A stretch of 64,000 nucleotides of DNA. It comes from a virus. Under the pieces are notes generated by a model. That model did not search any database. It was not told the DNA's origin and saw only the letters and a program-made list of their open reading frames with translations. Shown here one piece after another: positions 9,729-17,751 of this stretch. The translations under genes and the position numbers were made by a program. Position 1 is the first letter of the stretch, and every line of letters starts with the position of its first letter. Location of the stretch: the IMG/VR virus record IMGVR_UViG_3300044739_000018, positions 1 to 64,000 of that record; one strand, given 5' to 3'.

Positions 9729-11056
9729 TGACCGAGCACTCTGTAGCAGCCAACGGAGGCTGGCGAGCGCGCATTGAACGCCCGAGGTTGCCCGTTCTGC
9801 GCGAGCGCATGGGGCCATACCAGGCAGCGGTTCGGCCCTCGTCGGGGGAGCCGGGGGACTGGGCCACCTTGGTGCACAGCCTGTTCAGCTTTGGTGGAGG
9901 AGCCAGCACTACGGCGCGAGTTCGTTACGTCGGCTCAGGTGACACGTACCTTTACACCGGCATTCGGCATGGTTCAGGGTCTACGGAGGACCTGAAGGTC
10001 TTCAATGTCAGCAGTCCATCGAAGCTGGCGTACAAGGGTGGCAACCTTGGCCCGACGTGGGGCGGAACCGGCTCGCGCCTGATTCCGCAGTTCTGGCCGG
10101 ACGAGTGGCCGGATGTCATCGCGGTCGGGGTCCCTCCACAGGGTGGCACAGGTAATGCTGAGCCGGGCGGCGTCCAGATCGTGGAACTTGGACCAGCCTC
10201 TGCACCGCTGGATGACCCGGTGTTCCATAGCTGGTCTACCGTCACCTTGGGATCTATCAGTGGCGGTAGCGTGGGTTTCCCCACTCAAAAGGGCAACAAG
10301 TTCTACTGGTTTGCCACCTATGGGTTTGTCCAGGTGGACCGGCTGGTCTGGGGCGAACTCACGGGTAACACTATGACCAGCGGTGGTGAGGTGAGTTGGT
10401 TCGGGGCGTCCGAGCTGTCGGGGGTCAATCGGAGGGGCTATGGCCCGATGGACTATGTGCCCACAGTGCAGGATTTGGCGGGCAATCCTACGTCGTTTGT
10501 GCATTCCCTCAGTGGTTCGTCATACGGCCTCTTGTTCACCGATGCCCCTCAGTTGGTGACGCAGAACAACCCGGGTACGAACAACAGCATGGGTGGGATG
10601 TTCCACTTCTATAACCAGCCCATGTTCTGGCGGCTGAAGCAACGCACCGGTGGGTCTAACACGGGTGTGGAGATTTTGTACGTGGACGTGACCAGCCCGA
10701 TTCTCCCCACCAATGACACCTGGACCATCAATACAGATGGAGAGCTGCTGGGGCAGAACAACCAGTCGGGCATGGCGCAGGCCACGTATGACCACGACAA
10801 AATGGTGATCCTGATGAAGTTCGGATCCATCTACAAGGTGCTGAACCTGAACTTTGTGACCAGGGAGATCCTGAACGAGTGGACTCTCCCGATTCCGCCC
10901 CCCAGCACGAACCCCTATGGCACGTTCGTTACCAAGAATGCCTCCTACTTCGGCCTTTGGGACTCTGGCGGGGTGTACTTGCTTGACCTGGGCATCAGGC
11001 CAGAGCGCAAGGTGGCCTCCAGCCTGGGCAATCGGGAAAGGGCCTACCGGAAATGA
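9728..11056 (+). CDS. Putative virion/tail protein (beta-rich); start re-assigned to ATG 9728
   Basis: TAATG overlap with the previous gene; G/S/T/aromatic-rich. Confidence 0.5.
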   Translation: MTEHSVAANGGWRARIERPRLPVLRERMGPYQAAVRPSSGEPGDWATLVHSLFSFGGGASTTARVRYVGSGDTYLYTGIRHGSGSTEDLKVFNVSSPSKLAYKGGNLGPTWGGTGSRLIPQFWPDEWPDVIAVGVPPQGGTGNAEPGGVQIVELGPASAPLDDPVFHSWSTVTLGSISGGSVGFPTQKGNKFYWFATYGFVQVDRLVWGELTGNTMTSGGEVSWFGASELSGVNRRGYGPMDYVPTVQDLAGNPTSFVHSLSGSSYGLLFTDAPQLVTQNNPGTNNSMGGMFHFYNQPMFWRLKQRTGGSNTGVEILYVDVTSPILPTNDTWTINTDGELLGQNNQSGMAQATYDHDKMVILMKFGSIYKVLNLNFVTREILNEWTLPIPPPSTNPYGTFVTKNASYFGLWDSGGVYLLDLGIRPERKVASSLGNRERAYRK

Positions 11057-11122
11057 AACAGACCTCATGGAGTGCCGAAAACACAACAGGTGCCGACGCG
11101 CCAGGGAACAGGTAGGTAAGGG

Positions 11123-12505
11123 ATGGCTGGGTCTACCAGTAATTACGGTCTAAAGAAGCTCGGCGCAGGCGAGCACCTGTCTGACGACGGCTACAAGTAC
11201 ACGAGCGCGGACCGCGACCAGATCGACACCCTGCTCAAGCTTGGGGCGGAGACTCATCATCACACCGGGGCCGCTCCCTCCAGTTACTCCGCCACCGCTC
11301 CCACCCTGACGCTCTCAACCACTGGCGGCGTGCTGCCCGCGGGCACCCGCATTTGGTACGCGTACACGTACGTTGATGCCAATGGGTCTGAGACTGGCCT
11401 GTCCACGTCCGACTACGTGGACACTGCTGCTCCTGTCAGTAATCCGGCTGCCCCGACTCTGACCTCCACGGCAACAACCGGAACCCTGATCCCCGGCAAC
11501 TACTACTACGTCCTTTCGGCCTACACCGGCTCCTCAGCCAGTGAGACACAGGCGACCAACCCGAACTACATCACGGTTCCTGCGGGCACGAACACGAACA
11601 AGATCACCCTCACGCTGCCGACTCCACCTGCCGGGGCAACTGGCTTCAACATTTACCGCCAGAAGCCCGGCAGCAGCGGCTACTTCTGGCTGACCACGGC
11701 GGTTGGAAGCTCATACGTTGACAACGGGTCGGTGACGGAAGATTGCAACCGCGTCCTGCCCACCAGGAACTCAACCAACAGTACGAACAAGGTCACCGTC
11801 GAACTGCCCGGGGCAGTGCCAGCGGATACGACCTGGAAGATCTATCGCACCACGAACGACGGCATCTGGACCAACAGTGTCCTGAAGTGGGTCATCGAGG
11901 AGACCTTCGACGGGTCGGGCATCATTACGCCGGAGTACATCGACGTTGGCACGGCGACCTCTCTTGGCAACCCACCCACGACGAGCCAACTGATCGGCAC
12001 TCCTGCCAAGGTTCTGCTCACTGGCGCAGCAGAGGTGCAGGGCAGCATGCCCATGGGCCTTACGGCCTTCCCCTTTGCAGAGACGTGGGGCTTCTTCGGC
12101 ACTCTTGAGATTATCGTGCCTGGAACCTCCGTTTGGGTGTGCCCGTTCCCCGCCGCAACCATTGTCTTCGTCAAGTGTGCCCTCGGTCGTGGCTACGCGC
12201 CCGCTTCTGGCTCCGTGATCGTGGATGTGAACAAGGGCAGTGGCGCTACCCCCACCTACACGACCATCTTCACGACGCAGAGCAACCGGCCGAGCATCGG
12301 TACCGGCCGCCAGATCGGGGCGAAGGCATACCCGGATGTGAAAACGCTCGTTGAGGGCGACTCGCTGTCGGTGGACATCGACGCTATCGGCGGGGGGGCG
12401 ACGAGGACTGACAAGGACTTGACCGTCACTGTTTACATGATTGCCCACGGATTCCCGGCAGCCACGAGCTTCGTTGCTGGCACGACTACAGGTACAGGTG
12501 CCTAA
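11123..12505 (+). CDS. Tail fiber/appendage protein with two internal FN3/Ig-like repeats
   Basis: N-terminal TSNYGLKK; repeats APTLTLSTTGGVLPAGT.. and APTLTSTATTGTLIPGN..; Thr-rich. Confidence 0.6.
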   Translation: MAGSTSNYGLKKLGAGEHLSDDGYKYTSADRDQIDTLLKLGAETHHHTGAAPSSYSATAPTLTLSTTGGVLPAGTRIWYAYTYVDANGSETGLSTSDYVDTAAPVSNPAAPTLTSTATTGTLIPGNYYYVLSAYTGSSASETQATNPNYITVPAGTNTNKITLTLPTPPAGATGFNIYRQKPGSSGYFWLTTAVGSSYVDNGSVTEDCNRVLPTRNSTNSTNKVTVELPGAVPADTTWKIYRTTNDGIWTNSVLKWVIEETFDGSGIITPEYIDVGTATSLGNPPTTSQLIGTPAKVLLTGAAEVQGSMPMGLTAFPFAETWGFFGTLEIIVPGTSVWVCPFPAATIVFVKCALGRGYAPASGSVIVDVNKGSGATPTYTTIFTTQSNRPSIGTGRQIGAKAYPDVKTLVEGDSLSVDIDAIGGGATRTDKDLTVTVYMIAHGFPAATSFVAGTTTGTGA

Positions 12506-13254
12506 TGGCTAACGAGAAGCGCAAGCGCCAAATTGCTGTCGGTGGTCTGATTGAGGACAACCCTCTGACCAGCGGTGCTACCACGCTCACGTCTGCGGGC
12601 TTGTCTGCTGTCATCGGAGGGGTTGCGTCGACGGAGCACCTTGCAGTCGTTCTGGATCCGGACGGCACGTATGGAGCGCCCGAGATTGCCTATGTGACGA
12701 CTCTGACGGACGGCGGAACCTCTGGCACCGTGGCGCGGGGCCAGGAGGGCACCACCGCCCGCGAGCATCTGCGAGATGTGCCCTGGATCCATGCAGCGAC
12801 CCTGCGGGACTACCTGAAGATGTGCAAGGCCGTCAGGGACGGCGGCGGCACTGTCACCATCACTTCGACTACGCGCACGCCTGTGGACTCCACCAACTTG
12901 CCCTTTGTGTACTTCGACTGTGAAGTCGGAGACATTGTGGAGTGCCAGTTCGCCTTCGGAGCCAACGTCACGGGAGGTGGTAACGGTTACGTGGACGTGG
13001 AAGTTGACCGACCCACGTCAGCCAACACCTACGTCGCCAATGCCAACGATGACGGTATCGCCGCATGGAGGAACGTGGCTGGTCCCGTCCATGCCGTGGG
13101 TGTGTTCACGATCACTGAACGCGGACGACACGGGTTTCGGCCTGTTGCATTCCGGTCGGGTGGAACCTCGGTGCAACTAGAGAACGCTGCTTCCGGCACT
13201 GCCGATACTCCCATCACCTTCATTGCTAAGAACCTTGGGCCGGAGAGTGCGTAA
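12505..13254 (+). CDS. Tail fiber-associated protein
   Basis: PEIAYVT...TVARGQEGTTAREH motif typical of phage tail-fiber N-terminal modules. Confidence 0.55.
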   Translation: MANEKRKRQIAVGGLIEDNPLTSGATTLTSAGLSAVIGGVASTEHLAVVLDPDGTYGAPEIAYVTTLTDGGTSGTVARGQEGTTAREHLRDVPWIHAATLRDYLKMCKAVRDGGGTVTITSTTRTPVDSTNLPFVYFDCEVGDIVECQFAFGANVTGGGNGYVDVEVDRPTSANTYVANANDDGIAAWRNVAGPVHAVGVFTITERGRHGFRPVAFRSGGTSVQLENAASGTADTPITFIAKNLGPESA

Positions 13255-14045
13255 TGGCGTCGATGCTCCAAGAGATGATGGCGGACTCTCCGATCCACCT
13301 GTGGAAGTTCGATGCCTTGTCAGGAACCATTCCTGACGAGATTGGCTCATTGGAACTCGACAGTGTGTCGGGCCTGACCTACAACCAGACGGGGCCGGGA
13401 CCATACAAGTCGGTGCTGTTCTCCAACGGCAAGGCGAAGACCACCGCCAATAACGTGTCGCCCGATCCTACTGACATGACAGTCGAAGTGTGGGCACTGA
13501 CCAACACAACCATGTCCACAGGTGTGGGACAGACCGTCTGGTCTTGCTTCCAGAACACCGGGAACTCGTACGGCGGGTTCATCATTGATGCCAACGGCCA
13601 GGCTGCCCTTGGAGTGTCTGGTTCCCCACGTTTCGTGATTGGCAAGCACCTCACCGGAGATCCGTGGGCGCAGGTGGCTATTGATCAGCTTCTGACCACC
13701 GGCGTGTGGCATCACATCGTGTTCACGTTCGAAAACTCTACCGGTACTTCGAAGGCGTACAGGAACGGCACTTTGGAGAACACCCAGGTCGGTACTACTG
13801 GCGGCTCTCGTGCCACAATCAAGGGGCCGGTGCGCTTCGGCGGCTTCAGTGACGATTACCCGCAGTATTGGGACGGGAAGATCGGCCCGGCCGCGGTCTA
13901 CAACACCGTCCTGTCACAGCCACGCATCCAGGCGCACTATGACGCCCTCAACAACTCCATCGTTCCGCTGAATGACCGGTACCTCTCCGGCAGCGCGGAC
14001 GGAGGCCCGCATCGCATGGTGCCCAGCGGAGGGTTCGGTAGCTAA
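13254..14045 (+). CDS. LamG/concanavalin A-like domain virion protein
   Basis: MADSPIHLWKFD, TVEVWA, WHHIVFTF, WDGKIGPAAVYN. Confidence 0.75.
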   Translation: MASMLQEMMADSPIHLWKFDALSGTIPDEIGSLELDSVSGLTYNQTGPGPYKSVLFSNGKAKTTANNVSPDPTDMTVEVWALTNTTMSTGVGQTVWSCFQNTGNSYGGFIIDANGQAALGVSGSPRFVIGKHLTGDPWAQVAIDQLLTTGVWHHIVFTFENSTGTSKAYRNGTLENTQVGTTGGSRATIKGPVRFGGFSDDYPQYWDGKIGPAAVYNTVLSQPRIQAHYDALNNSIVPLNDRYLSGSADGGPHRMVPSGGFGS

Positions 14046-15076
14046 TGCCCTACGGAACCGTCCAATACGCTGGCGCATACCAGCTCCGCACTACGGCTAC
14101 AGTTACACACACTGGGTCTGTAGTCATGGCGGGAACCGCCACCCTAACGGCAATCTCCTCCGAAGTAGTTTCGTTCTCTTACACCGGAGCGTCCACAACA
14201 TGGACAGTGCCTACGGGAGTTACAACTATTAGCGTCGATGCTTACGGCGCTGCTGGTGGACCCATCACTGCTGAGGTTTACACGCCGGGCTACGGCGGGC
14301 GTGTGAAGTGTGATCTCACGGTAACGCCCGGCGAGGTGCTGCAAATCAACGTTGGTGGACAAGGGGCTACTGGCACGATTGGAGGCTCCGGGGTTGCCGG
14401 TGGTTGGAACGGCGGAGGCGCAAGCGGCAACGGCGCGAGTGGTGGGGGTGGTGCTACTGACGTTCGTAGGGGAGCGTACGCCCTGGCTGACCGCCTGGTG
14501 GTTGGTCCTGCCGGTGGCGGTATCGGTGGTAACGGTAGTGGAACCAACGTCGGCCACGGTCACACTCCAACTGGGGCGAATGGCACGACTGCCGGGGCAC
14601 AGCCTGGTGGTGCTGGTGGTACTTCGAGTGCTGGTGGCGCGGGCGGCAATGGACCGGAGCAAGATGGTTCGCCGGGAACTCTTGGCACGGGTGGTGCTGG
14701 TGCTAATGGGTCTGGTCCTCGCCATGGCGGCGGTGGCGGTGCGGGGTACTACGGCGGCGGCGGTGGTGCTGGGTCCAGCACGCCGGGTCAGTCCGGTGGA
14801 GGCGGTGGCGGCGGCTCCGGACTGAGCACGGGAGTGAATGCAACCCTAACCAGTGGAGTTCGCACCACCGATGGCCTTTTGGTCATCTCCTACCTGCCAG
14901 TGACCAACCAGGTCACGATGGCCGGTATCAGCACCATGACTGTCATGTGGGCCGGACTGGTCACTGGCAGCGTGGCGATGAGCGGATCAGCAGCCATGAC
15001 CACATCGGGATCAGTTACTTCCGGCTTCGCGTTTGCTGCCCGCATGGGACCACTCCTGATTGGCAGGCGGTCTTAA
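14045..15076 (+). CDS. Glycine-rich domain tail appendage protein (copy 1)
   Basis: FSYTGASTTWTVPTGVTTISVDAYGAAGG...LTVTPGEVLQINVGGQG plus poly-Gly runs. Confidence 0.7.
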   Translation: MPYGTVQYAGAYQLRTTATVTHTGSVVMAGTATLTAISSEVVSFSYTGASTTWTVPTGVTTISVDAYGAAGGPITAEVYTPGYGGRVKCDLTVTPGEVLQINVGGQGATGTIGGSGVAGGWNGGGASGNGASGGGGATDVRRGAYALADRLVVGPAGGGIGGNGSGTNVGHGHTPTGANGTTAGAQPGGAGGTSSAGGAGGNGPEQDGSPGTLGTGGAGANGSGPRHGGGGGAGYYGGGGGAGSSTPGQSGGGGGGGSGLSTGVNATLTSGVRTTDGLLVISYLPVTNQVTMAGISTMTVMWAGLVTGSVAMSGSAAMTTSGSVTSGFAFAARMGPLLIGRRS

Positions 15077-15933
15077 TGGCAACGACAACTCTCAGCTATA
15101 CGGGTTCGGCTCAGACGTGGCAGGTGCCAGCGGGCGTAACCACTGTCACTGTTGACGTGAAGGGGGCGCAGGGCGGCAAAGCGGCCGGTGCTGCCGGAGA
15201 ATATGGTGGCAAGGGTGGTCGGGTCCAGTGCAACTTGACCGTTACCCCAGGCGAGACGCTCCAGATCAACGTTGGTGGACAGGGTGCTCAGGGCATCAAC
15301 TCGGGCAGTCCTGCTGCTGGCTGGAATGGCGGCGGCGTTGGATACCAAGCTGGTGGCTCAGGTGGCGGCGGAACGGACATTCGTAATGGCTCCTACGCTC
15401 TAGCAGATCGACTGGTCATCGCTGGCGGCGGGGGCGGTCAAGGTGGATACGGGTCAGGTGGAGCTGGCGGCGGCAGCGCGTCTGTTGACAACTCGACCTC
15501 TGGTATCGGCGGCACGCCATCTGGTGGAGCCGGAGCGGCGGCGCTCTCAGGCTGGGGTGGTGGTGGCGGTGGCACAAACTCTGCTGGCGGCGCTGGAAAT
15601 ACCAGCGACCCCTTCAGTGGTGACGGCTTCAGCGGCTCGCTTGGACAAGGTGGTGCCGGTGGAGGGCAGGGTGGGGGTAGCAACGGCGGCGGAGGCGGCG
15701 GAGGCGGTCGCTACGGAGGGGGCGGTGGAGCAGGCAACGCCAACGCTACCTACGGTTCGGGTGGTGGAGGTGGAGGCTCGGGCCTCTCAACGGGTGTTGC
15801 CGAGACGCTGACGAGCGGGTTCAAGACGGGCAACGGTGAGGTTGTCCTGACCTGGACGGCACCCGATCCCCTCAACAATCGTTACAGGGCAGATCACGTC
15901 GATGGTGGCCCCCATCGAATGGTGCTCGGCTAG
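15076..15933 (+). CDS. Glycine-rich domain tail appendage protein (copy 2); start ATG 15076
   Basis: LSYTGSAQTWQVPAGVTTVTVDVKGAQGG...LTVTPGETLQINVGGQG; paralog of 14045..15076. Confidence 0.7.
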   Translation: MATTTLSYTGSAQTWQVPAGVTTVTVDVKGAQGGKAAGAAGEYGGKGGRVQCNLTVTPGETLQINVGGQGAQGINSGSPAAGWNGGGVGYQAGGSGGGGTDIRNGSYALADRLVIAGGGGGQGGYGSGGAGGGSASVDNSTSGIGGTPSGGAGAAALSGWGGGGGGTNSAGGAGNTSDPFSGDGFSGSLGQGGAGGGQGGGSNGGGGGGGGRYGGGGGAGNANATYGSGGGGGGSGLSTGVAETLTSGFKTGNGEVVLTWTAPDPLNNRYRADHVDGGPHRMVLG

Positions 15934-15962
15934 TGCCGAAGGTATCTATGAGGTGATGCCTC

Positions 15963-16166
15963 ATGGCCCAGAGAGAGCAGAAGACCAAGACGGCGGCACG
16001 GTCAAAGAAGGCTGAGGCTGTCGAGGAAGACCCGCCCAAGTCTGAGCACCGTTCTGCCGAAGACCTCAAGGCAGAGATGGATGATCTGCTAGACAACATT
16101 GACGAGGTTCTTGAGGAAAATGCTGCCGATTTCGTGGCTGGCTATATCCAGAAGGGCGGTCAGTGA
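15963..16166 (+). CDS. pup: Prokaryotic ubiquitin-like protein Pup
   Basis: 67 aa; disordered N-terminus and C-terminal DDLLDNIDEVLEENAADFVAGYIQKGGQ, the Pup signature; SD GAGGTG. Confidence 0.95.
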   Translation: MAQREQKTKTAARSKKAEAVEEDPPKSEHRSAEDLKAEMDDLLDNIDEVLEENAADFVAGYIQKGGQ

Positions 16167-16300
16167 CCGAGGAGTGCCAGGACTGCCAGCGGCTTGAGAA
16201 AGAGCTTGCGGAGTGGAAGGAACTCGCCCAGCACTGGCGGCGCAAGTTCGGTGAGAGCGAGCGCGCCCGCATGACCAACAAGCAAAGGTCGGGCGGCTGA
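16163..16300 (+). CDS. 45-aa CxxC/coiled-coil peptide ending in RSGG (not in the ORF track)
   Basis: GTGA overlap with the pup stop; MTEECQDCQRLEKELAEWKELAQHWRRKFGESERARMTNKQRSGG. Confidence 0.6.
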   Translation: MTEECQDCQRLEKELAEWKELAQHWRRKFGESERARMTNKQRSGG

Positions 16301-16363
16301 GGCGACTGTTGAGCGCCCGTGAGGCGCTCCATTAGCACCCTTGCTCTTGCCGACAACGTAGGC

Positions 16364-16606
16364 ATGGTAAGCAAAGAGCGGGTGCGAGGTGTTCACACCT
16401 GGCTGTCTGCTGCCAGAACACAGAAGGCCATCAATGGCTGGCTGGCCGTGGGCTGGTTGGCCTTTGGTCTCATGGGCGTTTGGACCGACCTAAAGGACTC
16501 CATTCCAGTCCTGTTCTTCATCTCTGTGTACGCCAACACGGCAGGCCATTGGGCTGCCTGGGAGGCAGCAAAGTCCGAGGTCCGAGAAGAACAGGTCACA
16601 ACGTGA
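16364..16606 (+). CDS. Small membrane protein
   Basis: Two hydrophobic segments, SIPVLFFISVYAN motif; start re-assigned to ATG 16364. Confidence 0.6.
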   Translation: MVSKERVRGVHTWLSAARTQKAINGWLAVGWLAFGLMGVWTDLKDSIPVLFFISVYANTAGHWAAWEAAKSEVREEQVTT

Positions 16607-16615
16607 GGATGACCG

Positions 16616-16801
16616 ATGCCGCGCACCCTAACCCGGGCGGGCTGGACCGACGCTGATGGCGTAGCTCGTCTCGTCGTCTTGTGTGTGGCCTGCGCTGCCG
16701 AGCTAAAGGCAAAGCGCAAGTGCTTCGTGCGACCGTTTGGTGCGGGCACGGGTGAGTGTGAACTGTGTAACTACGAACTGAGGCGGGAGGTCGTTGAATG
16801 A
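16616..16801 (+). CDS. Small Cys-rich hypothetical protein
   Basis: CVAC and CELC motifs; overlaps the next gene's start. Confidence 0.5.
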   Translation: MPRTLTRAGWTDADGVARLVVLCVACAAELKAKRKCFVRPFGAGTGECELCNYELRREVVE

Positions 16802-17565
16802 AGTGGTGGCAGAGGTGGTGGCGTAGTTGGTTCCCGCAGGCCCATCGGCATGAGCCAGCAGAACTCAAGGATGGCACAGTCGTACAAGACCGGCGCCTTG
16901 ACCGGATTCCCCAGTTCGACGCACGAAGCCTGAACTTCCCGGTTCGGACCCTGATCCCCCAGGCGTATCCTCCGCGCTCCTACACGTGGTCGGTGCCAGT
17001 CAACCTGAATCAAGGTGCCGAAGGAGCTTGTGTTGGCTTCGGCTTTGCCCACGAACTTGCAGCGAGACCGGCGTCGGTGCCGGGCATGACCAATGACTTT
17101 GCCAGGCAGAAGATCTACTGGCGGGCACAGCAACTCGATCCCTGGGCCGGAGGTGCTTACCCAAACGCCAACCCCTTCTATGAGGGAACGTCCGTTCTGG
17201 CGGGGGCACAGGTCTGCACCAAGGAACTCAAGCTCTATGGCGCATACCACTGGGCCTTCAGCCTGGATGACGTGATCATGGCCCTCGGCTACAAGGGTCC
17301 CGTGGTCCTCGGTGTCAACTGGTACGAGGGCATGTGGGACACCGATGCCCTGGGCTTCATACGAGTCCGTGGTGCCCTCGTGGGCGGGCATTGCATTTTG
17401 GCCCATGCCGTGGACCTGCGGAACAAGCGGGTCAGTCTGTTCAATTCCTGGGGCAAGAACTGGGGCATAGGTGGGAAAGCCTGGATCAGCTTTGCCGACC
17501 TCGACAGGCTGCTAAAGGAGCAGGGAGAGGCTTGTGTGCCCACACTGAGGGTAGTTAAGGCTTAG
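16798..17565 (+). CDS. Papain-like cysteine peptidase (C1 family)
   Basis: Catalytic motifs NQGAEGACVGF (Q, C), GGHCIL (H), NSWG (N). Confidence 0.85.
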   Translation: MKWWQRWWRSWFPQAHRHEPAELKDGTVVQDRRLDRIPQFDARSLNFPVRTLIPQAYPPRSYTWSVPVNLNQGAEGACVGFGFAHELAARPASVPGMTNDFARQKIYWRAQQLDPWAGGAYPNANPFYEGTSVLAGAQVCTKELKLYGAYHWAFSLDDVIMALGYKGPVVLGVNWYEGMWDTDALGFIRVRGALVGGHCILAHAVDLRNKRVSLFNSWGKNWGIGGKAWISFADLDRLLKEQGEACVPTLRVVKA

Positions 17566-17622
17566 TCGATTAACACCCTCATTCTGTCGATCCTCTAGGT
17601 AGAACCAACCCTGGAGGTCGCT

Positions 17623-17751
17623 GTGAGTGAACAAGAAAACCCTCCGGTCGATGAAGACGAACTCGATGGCTGTGACCTGGAGTTTGACGAGGCCGTAACG
17701 GACGAAGAAATCCGGGAGCTTGTGGTTCCCGAGGATCAGGAGAAGGTCTAA
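17623..17751 (+). CDS. 42-aa highly acidic peptide coupled to the endolysin (not in the ORF track)
   Basis: GGAGG SD, GTG start, TAATG overlap with the endolysin; 18 of 42 residues are D/E. Confidence 0.6.
   Translation: MSEQENPPVDEDELDGCDLEFDEAVTDEEIRELVVPEDQEKV

Noticed and set aside
14045-15933. Diversity-generating retroelement template/variable repeat pair
   Set aside because: The similarity is protein-level paralogy with differences not restricted to adenines, and no reverse transcriptase is in the window
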